DNA of 64,000 bases. It comes from Squalus acanthias (lineage: Eukaryota). The stretch is from positions 124,312,001-124,376,000 of the forward strand of contig CM059432.1 of the NCBI GenBank assembly GCA_030390025.1, in the 5' to 3' direction. Position numbers and translations under genes: made by a program. The notes under the pieces were generated by a model, which searched no databases, was not told the DNA's origin, and worked only from the letters and a program-made list of their open reading frames with translations. Below are positions 26,232 through 38,943 of this stretch, piece by piece; the stretch's first letter is position 1, and every line of letters starts with the position of its first letter.

Positions 26232-26393
26232 GAGCTTTCAAAGGGAAATTGGATAAATTCTTGAAGTGGAATAATTAGCAGGGCTGTGGGGAAAGAGCAG
26301 GGGAGTGGGACTAAATGGATAGCTTTTTCAAAGAGCCGACACAGGCACGATGGGCCGAATGACCTCCTTCTGTGCTGTATTATTCTCTGATTC
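26232..26393 (+). mobile_element. CR1 3' tail fragment
   Basis: GATGGGCCGAATGACCTCCTTCTGTGCTGT tail. Confidence 0.8.
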
Positions 26394-27140
26394 GAAGAAG
26401 GCCAGTTTTAAAACCAGTCTCTGTGCCTATACAGTATAATTATTTTTCACTTCAAAAGTGTTTAAAACTTGACCTGTAAAATTACAGACTTATTTATAAC
26501 TTTTAGTCTACGCTGAGTTGTGGTAGGAGTTCTTTATTTTGCAATCCTATTGATTTTTGACATCGGAGAAATATGTGCAAATAGCATTAGTTTACACGTT
26601 TACAATATGAAACAATATGGAAGAACCTTATTAAAAATGTATTCTGCTACTGACTGAAGTTTTATTAATGTTTCTAATATATCAGTTGAGCTACAGGAAC
26701 ACTAGAACTAGATATATTTCTCTTCATCGTGTCTAAAAACAAGCTTAATTTAAACTTTATTAGAAGAACTTGCTGAATATATTCTCTTGGGATGTTTTTA
26801 CTACGTTAAAGGTGCTATTACTTGTTATTGTTGTGAACTTCAGGCAGAGGCAGGTGTGCACAGTACAGCAGGAAGCTGGGAAGATTCCTGTATCATGAAT
26901 TCTCAGTCTGCACTGCACTATCTATTGCCAGTGCTGGGATCGATCAAGAAAGCAGCAGAGTGAAAGATGCTACCCAATATTAATAGCAAGAAATAAAAAC
27001 AGAAAATGCTGGAAACACTCAGCAGGTCAGGCAGCATCTGTGGAGAGAGAAACAGAGTTAATGTTTCAGGGCGATGAATTGGAAGAAGTTAAAGATTTAA
27101 CAGTTTATAAGCAGGTACTGTTAAATCTCTAACTTCTTCC

Positions 27141-27932
27141 AGTTCTGATGAAAGGTCATCGACCTGAAACATTGGGCTGGATTTTAACCCCCAAAAATGG
27201 TTGGATTATTGTGGGGTCAGATGTTAAAATTAAAAAATCTGAAACCTCGACCCCAACCCGCCTCCAACACTCCTGCTTCCGGGTTTAACGGAGACGGGAC
27301 AAGGGCGCGTTTGCAGTTTAAATATTTTAATGAGGCTGGCAGCCTCTGATTTAACCTACTGTGCAGGTTTTCCAGTGGCCGGCCTGGGTTCCTGACCCCG
27401 ACAGCTGAAGGGAGGCGAAGACTGCTTTTGGGGAGAAGATAACTGCCTTTACAGCACTGCTTCTGGGCCAGGAAGAGCAGGAGTGCTTCCCCCCTGCACC
27501 CCAACCTCCCCCACCACCCAATCAGACCCTCCCCATATAAAGACCCCTGGGGTCGGGGATCGGACCCCCCCCCTGCCCCAGGACCAGATCCCCTTCCAGG
27601 GTTGGTGATCGGAACCCCCCGGTATCGGGTAACGGGCACCCCTCCCCACCCTGGGGTCGGGGATCGGTGTGTCCCCTCCCCCACCCCCCAGGATTGGGGC
27701 ACGGACCCACCCCGGTGTCGGGGATCAGACCTACCTGCCCCTGCTGCCTGCTCCGGAGTCCTCCCGCTCGACTGCAAACCAAGCCCGTCAATCAGGCTGA
27801 CATCTGGGTGGAGAACCTGTCAAGAACAAAAGATGCAGCATGCGGGGAAACCCGTACCTCCGGGCTTCCTTTCCGAAACTCCGCTCGCCCCGCCTACGTA
27901 GTCCGCCCCTGATAATATCCAGGCCGTTAACT
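27141..27932 (+). ncRNA. Minimal hammerhead ribozyme motif disrupted by MITE insertion (27141-27173 plus 27926-27932)
   Basis: Reconstructed sequence AGTT-CTGATGA-A-AGGTC-ATC-GACCT-GAAA-CG-TT-AACT. Confidence 0.7.
27174..27925. mobile_element. Harbinger-type MITE (752 bp)
   Basis: Termini GGGCTGGATTTTA / TAATATCCAGGCC with TSD ATT/GTT. Internal GGGGTCGGGGATCGG repeats. Confidence 0.85.
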
Positions 27933-28949
27933 ATGTTTCTCTCTCCACAGATTCCGCCTGGCCTGCTGAGCGTTGCCAGTATTTTGCTATTATTTCAGAT
28001 TTCCAGCATCCACAGTATTTCACTTTTGATTAATTGTAAGAAGATACAAGCAACTGACAGCATTTATAATTTTTTTTTTTAAATTGGCAAACGTCTTAAA
28101 TGAATTTTCAAATGGGTTCCTTCTCAGTGATTATTTTCAGAGAAAATGACTTAAGTGCTTTAGAAGCCTGAAAAATATATACAGGGATTTGAAAAGCATG
28201 TTTATACGATGATAAGGGAATCAGGTTCTAGCAGCAAAGCCATTAACTGCTTTGTTTGGTGACTGTGCTAAACAAAGGGCCAAATTTCATGCAGAAAGAT
28301 GGTTGTGAATGACAAGCAGACTCACTGGAAATGAGATCAGCCTAAGTTCATTTGCTGAGGCAAATGAGCTCAGCTGAAAGGATTCCTGAAAAAAATTAAC
28401 GCATTTTAAAATTTGCTGTTTCTATGACTTAGGGCATAAGCAACATGTGTCTTTATTGCACATTAAAGTGTTCAGCACACATTTCCAATTCTCAAATTAG
28501 CTTAAAAGCAACCTAATATTCTCCAGAACAGCCCCAAACTGTCTTTAGCAAATTCCTGGGATATTATCCTAAAAAGTGTTGCTATCAACTGTGCTAAATT
28601 GTTAAAATGTTAGTACTGATGTTATTTCCACATTTTAATCATGGTTATACGTTAGTCATTAATATGGTTTTATTCATGGTGCTGCATTTTACAATTCCTA
28701 GATTGCTACAAATTCATTCCTATTCAGGGGAGGTGCTATATGACTACATTTTTATTTAGAAAAAGTATTATTTGATCTTCTAACTGAATTTGCAATATTT
28801 TCACAGTAACTTAAAAAAGACCTTTCTGTCCTCTTCTCTTTGAAATGCCATGTCGGTGTTTATCCCCCACCATAAGTAGCATTCCTTATTTTATGCATCT
28901 GCCCTGTTCCCATATCCTTTTATGCTCCTTTCCCTCAACCACTTATCTA

Positions 28950-29735
28950 ACTTGGGATACAATACACCGGCACTGGTAGCCCTCTGATACCTCGTAGAAA
29001 CTGCCCAGTGGCTTTTGGAAAGCCATCTGATCTTATGAAAGATCACAACTGAGTTGGATCCTGCCCACACACTTTTTCACTTTGCACCTGACTAGCAATC
29101 AGGTGTGAAAAGAAAAAGACTTGCATTTATATAGCACCCTTCACGACCACCGGACGTCCCATAGCGCTTTAAAGCCAATGAAGTAGATTTTTTTTTAAGT
29201 GGAGTCACTGTTGTAATGTAGGAAACCAATTTGCACACAGCAAGCTCCCACAAACAGCAATGTGATAATGACCAGATAATCTGCTTTTTTTAGTGCTGTT
29301 GATTGAGGGATAAATATTGGGCAGCACACCAGGGATGGCTCCCCTGCTCTTCTTCAAAATAGTGCCATGGGATCTTTTACGTCCATCTGAGAGAGCAGAC
29401 AGGGCCTCGGTTTAACGTCTCATCTGAAAGACGGCACCTCTGACAGTGCAGCACTCCCTCAGCACTGCCCTGGAGTGTCAGCCTAGAGTTTTGTGCTCAA
29501 GTCTCTGGAGTGGAACTTGAAACCACCACAACCTTCTGACTCAGAGGCGAGGGTGCTACCCACTGAGTCGCAGCTGACACTGTAGATTGGCATTCCTTGT
29601 AGATGTTTCCCCTCCCTAGCCCAGGGAAACCGATGTCAATTGTAGTTCCTCTCCCCCCATTGCCATCCTGGATAAAATCTATACTGAACCAAAGATTGAA
29701 CATGGGGCCAACCTGGTCTGTGTGGCTCAGCAGCT
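28950..29735 (-). mobile_element. LF-SINE-like element split by a Deu-SINE
   Basis: TTTCCCCTCCCTAGCCCAGGG...CAATTGTAG...CCTGGTCTGTGTGGCTCAG at 29600-29735, with the 3' part at 28950-29105. Confidence 0.6.
29107..29578 (-). mobile_element. SacSINE1-like Deu-SINE
   Basis: Reverse-complement homologue of 19508-19980. Confidence 0.9.
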
Positions 29736-29949
29736 TGGTTTTAATTTGTGTAAAGACTCTGCAGACAAAACTCCCTGAATGCACAGTTTCAGTCTCTAAG
29801 CAATCTGTGCACTAGCACTCCAAGAATGCAGGTGCCTCCATGCGGAGTCTAATAAATATGACCACATTTTAGAGCTGAGAGGGTACACAACACACTAGAA
29901 TTTCCTTTTTAAAGGTTCACAATAAGATTAATCATTTGCAAAGCATGCC

Positions 29950-30326
29950 AGAACCTGCTCCGCTCCGGACCTCCTCACCCCCCCACCTGCTCCTTTGGCC
30001 CTCCGATTGGACCTTGACCCGCCACCCCCCGCTCATCCACGCCCCTCCCCCCCCACCCCCACTCGAACACCTTCCTCGACCCCCACATGATCCCTCCCTC
30101 CTCTCTGCGGCCTAGTGCCACAGGCCTACCTGTCCGGAGCCAGCCAGCCTCTCCACCTGGCTGGCTGCGGGTGGGAAACAGAGGTTTTCAATGCAAATCC
30201 GGCCCTGCCGTTAAATTCGGCAGGGCCTTGGAAAACCCGCTCTCCCGGGTTTTCCGACCACTTCCAAGCACCCCCACCCCCCACCCTCACCGCTCCCAAC
30301 CTGCCAAACTATTAAAATTCATGCCT
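29950..30326. mobile_element. Harbinger-type MITE right half
   Basis: GC-rich subterminal motifs ending TTAAAATTCATGCC. Confidence 0.5.
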
Positions 30327-30590
30327 ATACCTCTATCTATAAAGCCTAGGATCCCATATGCTTTATTAACTGCTTTGTTAACCTGTCACCATCAAATATT
30401 TGTGCACAAACACCTCCAGGTCTCTCTTTTCTTGCATCCCCTTTAAAATTGTACCATTTAGCTTGTATTGTCCCTCCTCATTCTTCCTACCAAAATGAAT
30501 ACCTCATACTTTTCTGCATTGAATTTCATCTGCCATGTGTACGCCCATTCCACCAGCCTGTCTATGTCCACTTGAAGTCTACTGCTCTCT
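30327..30590 (-). mobile_element. CR1 RT fragment
   Basis: Homologous to 31520-31800. Confidence 0.8.
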
Positions 30591-30666
30591 ATTTTTCTCT
30601 ATCTTACTTGCACAGATTTGTTAATGTAAGTAACTGTGATATATGAGGGAGGGGTGAAAAATTTAT

Positions 30667-30990
30667 GGGGGAATTTTAACTCTCCCCTTGGGCGGGGACA
30701 GAGCGGGCGAGTCGTTTAAATGGAACGGCTCATTTCCTGTCAATCTCCGATTTTAAAGCCATTGGTTTTGCGGGCGGTTGAGGTGCCTGTCGACTCAGGT
30801 GGAACCTCATGCATTAATGCTAATCGGCATCCTATAATATCAATAGGGCCCTGATGGCATTTAACTGGGGCCTGAGCGGGGAAGCACCTGATCGTCCCCT
30901 GCCAGTAACCGCTCTGCAATTTCTTCCTGCCCGTTCTGGGTGGGAAGTAGACAGGCGCAATTAATTGTGGCCCAGGAGTTAAATTACCCC
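30667..30990. mobile_element. Harbinger-type MITE (about 325 bp)
   Basis: Termini GGGGGAATTTTAACTC / GAGTTAAATTACCCC. Confidence 0.7.
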
Positions 30991-31272
30991 AAGATTAAAT
31001 CTTAGGCTAGCAAGTGCATTTCACACTCCCCTGTCTGAAACCAGCTCCCGGCTAAAATCGACCCATATTTCTTTATTTATCTGCCTACAGTAGGTAGAGA
31101 AAACATGACGTATTCATTTATTTGATCCAATTAAAAATACATTTACTTCACTGTCCCTCAGCACATCTTTCAGAAAAAAAAATTTCAAAATCTTTCCAAA
31201 AAACCCATGCCCATTTGTAAGGCCGCGATTTCCCCGAATTCTGCGGGTCCGTTGCGGCCGGGGTCGGTGGCA

Positions 31273-31820
31273 GGCCCCTCATAATTTTATACACCTCAAT
31301 AAGGTCTCCCCTCAGCCTCCTGCTCCAAAGAAAACAAACCCAGCCTTTCCAATCTTTCCTCATAGCTAAAATTCTCCAGTCCAGGCAACATCCTCGTAAA
31401 TCTCCTCTGTACCCTCTCTAGTGCAATCACATCTTTCCTGTAATGTGGTGACCAGAACTGCACGCAGTACTCTAGCTGTGGCCTAACTAGAGTTTGATAC
31501 AGTTTAAGCATAACCTCCCTGCTCTTGTATTCTATGCCTCGGCTAATAAAGGCAAGTATTCCGTATGCCTTCTTAACCACCTTATCTACTTGGCCTGCTA
31601 CCTTCAGGGATCTGTGGACCTGCACTCCAACGTCCCTTCGTTCCTCTACACTTCTCAGTGTCCGACCATTTAATGTGTATTCCTTTGCCTTGTTAGCCCT
31701 CCCCAAATGCATTACCTCACACTTCTCCGGATTGAATTCCATTTGCCACTGTTCTGCCCACCTGACCAGTTCATTGATATCTTCCTGCAGTCTACAGCTT
31801 CCTTCTTCATTATCAACCAC
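31273..31820 (-). mobile_element. CR1 ORF2 RT C-terminal fragment
   Basis: LQEDINELVRWAEQWQMEFNPEKCEVMHLG...RPQLEYCVQFWSP. Confidence 0.93.
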
Positions 31821-31829
31821 ACAGACAAT

Positions 31830-31946
31830 TGATATGGGGTATATGGAGTTAGGTCGCAGATCAGCCATGATCTCATTGAATGGCGGAACAGGCTCAAGGG
31901 GCTAAATGGCCCACTCCTGTTCCTAGGTCCAACATTCCTATGTTCC
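31830..31946 (+). mobile_element. CR1 3' tail fragment
   Basis: GATCAGCCATGATCTCATTGAATGGCGG...CTCCTGTTCCT. Confidence 0.8.
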
Positions 31947-32429
31947 TCTTATCTCACTCCAAGATTAGGCCCATTTTAAAGACATTCCATTACCCTGGCT
32001 GAAGAGCAGTTAATTCAAAGGCCCACGCCATTAAGTTTTGTAAAATCCTTATTTATGCAGCTCAACCATTAAACATGTTTTCTCCCAATGGGTAATCCTG
32101 CTTGACACAAAAAATGGATTGGTGATAGTGCCTGGCATTAAGTCGTTATTTCATTTAAATCCTTCAGCAACACACCATTTTCTACCCTCTCAAGTGGCAA
32201 CCTCTCAATCAGAGCAGGAATACCACTGACAGCCCACCTCAGTTATCCAAAATGAAGTTCACTGGAAACTGATATGTTGAGCCCGGGCGGGCAGAGCTGC
32301 CCCCCACCACAATGCCAGCAGCCATACTACAGCAGACAAAAAGTCAGGGTACAATTAAGGCAGATGAGATAAAAAGGACATTGAAGAAGTAAAGGTCTGC
32401 ACTAATGTTGAACCCTGGGTAAAGTTATT

Positions 32430-32543
32430 GGGGTGAAATTCAACTTTGGCCGGGGTGGGGGCAAAACAGACGGTAGCGGATCAGCTACCCGTTGAACACC
32501 CTGGCTGATTTTCGTTTCCATTGACTTCAGTTGAATTCTCCCC
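32430..32543. mobile_element. Mini-MITE (114 bp)
   Basis: Termini GGGGTGAAATTCAACT / AGTTGAATTCTCCCC with flanks ATT/GTT. Confidence 0.7.
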
Positions 32544-33053
32544 GTTATAATTCATATTCCCTAATACATGCTGCGCTGCATGGTCACTGCACCACTCAGT
32601 CCGCATATTCACAGGTACATAGATGCATTCTTCAGCTAGTTCTCTGCAGTGAAGGGAAATATTTCCTTAGTTAAGGTCTGAGATAGTCACCTTCATGCAA
32701 AGAAGCAGCGTTTGAACAGTGACGAAAAGTGAGTTCTTTGGTTTAAGTGTCATTTCACCATCTCCTTTCCCGTTAGCACACAAGAAATGTTAGATAGGCA
32801 AAAGTGTTTTGAGCCCACAGACATCTTGTTGGCTTAGCATTAATCTGTATAAAGTTGAAAATTACAGCACATTTGAAACCAGTATGGTTGCATGATTCCT
32901 TGTGGCATAAGTTTGAAGCTTAATGGTTTATACAATCATCATTAACAAATGAAAAATGAGCTCGTTTTAGCTCTTGTTTTGGCAACCCACTACCAATCAA
33001 AGGTTAGTGTTAGAACTGTTATTTTATTGCATGTATTTACTGCAGAAGACTTT

Positions 33054-33505
33054 GAAAGAAAGAAAGACTTGCATTTATATAGCGCCTTTCACAACCATCG
33101 AACATCTCAAAGCACTTTACAGCCAATGAAGTACTTTTTGGAGTGTAGTCACTGTTGTAATGTGGGAAATGCGGCAGCCAATTTGCACACAGCAAGCTCC
33201 CACAAACAGCAATGTGATAATGACCAGATAATCTGTTTTTATGTTGTTGATTGAGGGATAAATATTGGCCAGGACACCGGGGATAACTCCCCTGCTCTTC
33301 TTCGAAATAGTGCCATGGGATCTTTTACGTCCACTTGCGAGAGCAGATGGGGCCTCGGTTTAACGTCTCATCGGAAAGACGGCACCTCCGACAGTGCAGC
33401 ACTCCCTCAGCACTGCACTGGAGTGTCAGCCTAGATTTTTGTGCTCACAACCCACAACCTTCTGACTCAGAGGCGAGTGTCCTAGCCATTGAGCCACAGC
33501 TGACA
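33054..33505 (-). mobile_element. SacSINE1-like Deu-SINE
   Basis: Reverse-complement homologue of 25424-25883. Confidence 0.9.
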
Positions 33506-33507
33506 CT

Positions 33508-34178
33508 AGGGTGATTTTAACATTCCATGATCAGCAGGAAGAGAGTGGTGGAGCATTAAAATGGAGCCGCTCCATTTCCTGCTTCGTTATCCTGCTCCGT
33601 TCCCTCCAATCTGTGATTTTAACACTGCTAATTTTGGCAGCGAATGAGGCTCGCACCGGAGTCTGGCAGGAGCCTCACTAATAAATGTAAATCAGGTACC
33701 CATGACATATATGGGACCCTGATGGCATTTTAACCCCTAGCTCCTGAGCCAGGTGAACCTTTTGAGAGAGGCCCACTAAGGTAAGTTAAAAATCTTTCCT
33801 TAATGGGGCCTGGAAGAGCAGGAATGCTCCTCCGTCCAGGCCCACAAGGAAGCCCCAGAAGTTTGCTGCCCTGGGCTTTCCCACCCCTCCCTCTCCCTTT
33901 CCACCAGCCCCGCCCCTCACCAGCCACAAGCTCCTCAGAACACCACGCCCACCACCACCCTCCCACGGGCTCACCTTGCTGCTGGCTGACTTCTTCTGGT
34001 GCATTTTCGGCCTTTCCCGCTAGCCAGTTGCTGCTTTCTGCCAGAAACAGCCAAACTGCTGGCCGGCGGGATTCGAATAAGGCCTGCCAGTTAAAACCTG
34101 CTGGAGCTCCGACTCACAAACCCACGCAGGATTGCCATCTGCTGTCACCGACTTTCTGCCGGGAGTTCAAATCAGCCC
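33508..34178. mobile_element. Harbinger-type MITE
   Basis: Termini AGGGTGATTTTAAC / GTTCAAATCAGCCC. Left part homologous to 30667-30900. Confidence 0.7.
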
Positions 34179-34453
34179 TTTTGTCATAAACATCGCAACA
34201 CAGGTATCAAGCTACAATTATGTCATAATATTTCATGAGATGCAGGGTCGTAATCCAAACAATTTCTATTTTTTGATCAATACGAGCCCCACTAAATGGA
34301 TTATATTGGGTAAGAGAAACAAATTACGGCAGTGTCAATAGCATTCCTTTATCCTTGCTGTCAAGAAAGTCCTTATTTATAAAGAGTCAAGCAAATTTCA
34401 ATTTTGCTGTTCTCAAGGGCCAACAGATGCTTTCCAAGCTAGAAAAAGACGTA

Positions 34454-34643
34454 AGTTGTGAAATTGGTCACCACCAGTAGCATGCAATGGGCTGATAGCG
34501 AATCGGCAGCACGTCTTATACTGCGCCCGGTTTTCTTCCCTGAAATTACTTCAATAAAATGGAAAGTTGTCCATGGTGTAAAAGGTGCTGCCAATTCACT
34601 ACCAGCCAGTCTTGAGCTGCTGGCTTTGACCAATTTCACCCCC
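34454..34643. mobile_element. Mini-MITE (about 190 bp)
   Basis: Inverted GTGAAATTGGTCA / TGACCAATTTCAC, followed by CCCC. Confidence 0.65.
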
Positions 34644-34796
34644 ATAAACATAGTTCTTGAAACATACAGTAAAACTCATTCAGGAACTAGATGCAGTAAT
34701 TTATAACTAAGTGCTTATTTTTGTGTACGAGAGTAAGCATAGATGTTTATTCACAAAGGAGCAATTTGGTCTAATCTGTAACAAACAGGATCTGAT

Positions 34797-35449
34797 GGCC
34801 CCGATATTTATGGGGAGGTGGGGGCGACTATTAGCGGCCGGGAAACAGGGGGAATGCAGAGGTCCTGTCGTTACCGCATTTGAATTTTTTTCCTCCATTT
34901 CCCGCCCGACAGCCTGCCAGTTTGAGAGGCTGGCTAGCTGTCGAGCGAGATGGCCTGCGGTAGAGAGGAGGAAGGGAGGGAGAGATTGCCAGGGGCAGGG
35001 TGGGTGGGAGATAGCGTATCGGATCGCATGGGAGGCTGAAGATTGGATCGCGGGGCAGGGGGTAAAGAGAAGGGGAAGCAGATCGCAGCAGGTTAGCTTG
35101 GGGGGGGGGGCCAGGGTGAAGCACTCCTGCTCCTCCTGGTCCACAAGCAGTGCTGGAAAAGTCCTTACTTGTTGGATCCGGCCGTTCATGCCTCCCTTTG
35201 GCTGCCGGGTTTCCCGAGGCCTGGGAAACCCAGTCCACAGTTGTTAAATCCACATGGCTGCTAAAATCTGAGGCATGCAGCCTCATTTAAATATCATAAT
35301 TCCTGACCCGCCTCTCGAGAGCAGGTTACCCGCCCAAACCCCAACCCACCCTGGTTAAAACGGAAGTAGGCACATTCACGGCGGGGTTCCCATTTTAAAG
35401 AATTTAACCAACCCCTGCCGCCCCTCCTGGGGGGTTTCAAATTCCCCCC
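34797..35449. mobile_element. Harbinger-type MITE
   Basis: Termini GGCCCCGATATTTA / TTCAAATTCCCCCC. Right half is the inverted homologue of 27174-27490. Confidence 0.7.
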
Positions 35450-35641
35450 AATGGGTTGCACGGCTGAAATTTTAAATAATGGTTTACAACTCCAACTATC
35501 CCCACAAAGGAAAATTGCCCAATCAATTTCCTAATCATTTTATCTTTTTCTACATTAGTTTGGGATTTTTACCTCTACTTTCTCCCCCTCTACTCGGGTT
35601 GGCAACTCCTCCAATGCATTAATCCAAATATTCACATCGTT

Positions 35642-36377
35642 GGGCCAAATCTTGTTGAAGCAGGGCATCTCGTGGCCTAAACTGTTAGTTAGACTTTCTC
35701 CTGCACCCTTCAGCTCGAACAAATTTGCGCCGTAACTTGCAGGTAGGGCAAGCTGATAATGGTGTGGTGAGGTCATCGGGGCATCTGGGATCTTGTTGAA
35801 CGATGGGACCAACAGTCTATCTCCTTAACCAATGAGATTTAAGGATTGAGAAAGAAACAGAGGAACGGCGAGAAGGAAATAGGGTGAATTAGAGTCAAAT
35901 CAGGTACAGGAAGAGAAACAAAGATGGGAAAGAAAGATTGGATTAAGAGAGAGCGAGAGATGAAAGAGACAGAAAGAAAAAAATGTTTAAAATTTGAAAT
36001 TTTAAAATCTCTAAAAAGAATTTAGTACACGCAGGAACAGTTTAAATTGTTCCTTTTCTGGGCCAGAGAAGTTGATGGGCATTGAATTAACAATGATCAC
36101 ATCGTTAAAAGGGTAGGTACCAGCCCTTACTTTCTGTGGCGAGTTTAGTGGGCAATTAATGTGCAAATCCAGCAAATTCTTAAAAATAACAGGGAGGCTG
36201 AGGGCGAGATGGCATTTGTGTGAAACAAACAGTGGAGAGGCGTAAATCGACCAGCAAGTTCTGGAGATTCGTAAATCATGGTGTATCTCCTCATCCCCTG
36301 AATTTGCTGGCCGATTTGCACATTACTAACAGCGTGTTAGCGGCGCATGCTGTTATTTTTCCAGCAAGATTTGACCC
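35642..36377. mobile_element. Harbinger-type MITE (736 bp)
   Basis: TIR GGGCCAAATCTTGTTG / CAGCAAGATTTGACCC (14/16 match). Confidence 0.82.
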
Positions 36378-38352
36378 AATATCCTTGGTGAGGAGCTCGG
36401 AATGTTCTCCTCAAGCATTGTGGGCAAAGGATCCTTTCCAAAGTCAGTTTTACTTAGACTGAAAAGCACAGGAAAGGCCTAAGGACAAGCCTGGAATTTG
36501 AACTGAGATGTCCAAGATGGGACGCCAAAACTCTACTGCTGTCACTACTAAGTCATCCTTCCATACTTATATTAAATTAAAAAAGACACATCTCAAAATT
36601 TTTATGTACAAAGATTGGTAGGAAAATAAGAACACTCAGTGTGGGAAGTGAACAAACTGTAGTTGCAGCTACAAATTCCCAATGACTATTTTTCTAATCT
36701 GAACAGAAATGTAACATTCATATGGAAGTGTGAGTACACTCATTACTAATATCCCACAGTACCAAAGTGTTCTGAAGTACAGAAAGACTTTTACAGCTAT
36801 GGTTTTAAAATAGGAGTGGTCTTCATACATCACATTTATGGAAATACATACTGCCGAATTGTAATACTGAATAGTATAAAGTATTGCGTAATATCTAGCC
36901 TATTTGGAAAGATATTACCATGCATAAGTCTTTTTTAGATGACAATAGCTTGCACTCTCAAAAAATATCATTCACAAGGCATTCCAATTGACAGTATAGA
37001 TGAATCCACTCATTGGGATTAATTGTTCCCTTACCCAACACTGGCAAAATTCAGGCACAAAGTCTTGTGCAAGGCCTGTAGCCCAGATCTAATATATAGT
37101 TTTCCGTACTGAACAAAAGCTCATTTGTAATGGTTTAGCTTATATAAGTAGGTAAGTGGCTACATTACTCAAAGGCCCGTTGAAAGAGCACATAGGATGC
37201 AAGGCTGGGCAGTCCAGGCAGTTACACAGGAGGTACAGCCCACAGCTGAAAGTAGATATCAATTACACAGATATCCCAGGATCCTGCAGTCTGAGTGCAG
37301 GGAATGTGGAGAATTTCCCAGGATACATCCGTATGATTCTCTCAGTGCAAGTGGAAGTGCACCCACCTTTCCTCATACTGTAACTGGGTTTCTGAGTTTC
37401 TTTGTTTTTCCAGATGATTGAAAATAAAATGGAGAATGAATTTTATAAGTTTTTTCAGGTAAAATTTCAGATTTGCAGTATCAGCAGCTTATTACCTCAG
37501 CCGCGAATTTGCTGGATTTTTGATTATTCCGATGGGCCTCCCTGCCTTTTACCCCTCACCGGAGAGGTGTCTCATGCAAACTGAGCATTGCATAGTCCAC
37601 ACATACACGACATTTTCTTTCGAATTTCTTGAGCTCAGGGTATCTAACCTCTGCCAGTTGGAAATCTCTCTTATGCGTGAGAAGGGATTTGAAGTGGCTT
37701 ACTTTCTGCCTTAACTCCTGTCTGATCCCAGCCTCTAATAGTGAAAACAATTTTCACTGTATTCTTGGAGCTTCCATTATTCACCTTGGGCTTTGCCCCC
37801 GACACTGCTCAACATTCTGTGCATCAGGCCTCTACCGTGCCCTTCAATAACCTGAACGTGTCTCAGTTTCCTGCACTTCCCCGGCCCGTGTGTAAACTGT
37901 CAGCCGTCCACGCACGTACTGGAACTCATTGCTAGTATAACCGAGCAGACAAAAGCCCACTAACTGATAAAAAATCTCATCTTTTCAATTCATAGTATTT
38001 TAATAGCAAAAGGACGTTTACATCTAAAGTTTTGGGGACGTTGCTACCGTTATATATTTTTTTTAAATTGCAACTTCATTCAGAATTTTTATCAATAATT
38101 CCAATAATTGGCCGAAGTCCTGTGGAAGCTTGGCCATCATGTTCTATTCCTGGTGGATTGGCAGGCATGGCGACTCTCTACCAGCTCTCCTCCCCCAAAA
38201 TTGCTGCCAGCCCCAACCCCAATTATTCCCAATGTGCTCCCAATTCCAAACCCCCTGAAGTGATCCCAGCTTCAAACCCACACCTACATACTCCCAGGGC
38301 CCCAATTTTAACCCAACCAGCCCAGTGGGAATGGGACAAATGACGAGTGCGC

Positions 38353-38564
38353 ATTGGGGAACACCATCACCTCCAAGTTCCTCTCCAAGTCATACACCAT
38401 CCTGACTTAGAAATATATCGCCGTTCCTTCATCGTCGCTGGCAAGCCACTCAGTTGTCAAGAAGGCGGCTCACCACCACCCTCAAGGGAAATTAGGGATG
38501 GGCAATAAATGCTGGCCTTGCCAACGACGCCCACATCCCGTGAATGAATAAATTTATTAAAAAA
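38353..38564 (+). mobile_element. LINE 3' tail fragment (CR1/L2 group) inside the Harbinger end
   Basis: ATTAGGGATGGGCAATAAATGCTGGCCTTGCC...CCCACATCCCGTGAATGAATAAA followed by an A-rich tail. Confidence 0.65.
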
Positions 38565-38943
38565 TACAAATCGTGAAAATCAACTTAATGCCACATTCCT
38601 GTCAAAATCCCGCCAACCACTATTTTAACTCTGACTTGGATCTTAACGCACTTGCCAGAAACAGGCGGGTGCCTCGTGAATAAATTTAAATAGGGATCCA
38701 ATTACATCGCTTGGATCCTGACATGACTTTAACTGGCCGGGTCAGATGTCCTGCCCAGCAACAAACCCGCTATAGTATAACTTAGTGGCATCGGCTTAAC
38801 AAACTGACTGACATCATTGAAGCTTAATTTAAACGGGCGCACCTGCAAAGCCATTACGGTCTGTGTGCCAAACCGAGCTTCCAGTTTGCTTCTTTCTGAT
38901 TGTTTTCCCCTGACCTACCCTCATTAAGCACTTACTGCTTAGC

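Larger units (their letters stand above)
26985..28030. mobile_element. Palindromic Penelope-derived (MER6-like) element split by a MITE
   Basis: 26991-27110 is the inverted repeat of 27118-27173 plus 27926-27995. Contains a hammerhead motif. Confidence 0.75.

Noticed and set aside
27217..27912. Long ORFs in GC-rich regions (also 4727-5205, 34707-35286, 48870-49250)
   Set aside because: These are overlapping low-complexity frames inside MITEs with no recognisable domain.
31273..31946. Minus-strand CR1 RT piece next to a plus-strand CR1 tail, resembling twin-priming inversion
   Set aside because: The RT piece matches the 48643-51100 subfamily, whose tail differs from this one. About 230 nt are missing and no TSD was seen. 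Two insertions is the simpler explanation.
37441..37960. Possible upstream CCDC102 exon (minus donor GAG|GTAATA near 37495)
   Set aside because: Translation does not resemble the expected preceding exon ending in an ELRAE-like motif.
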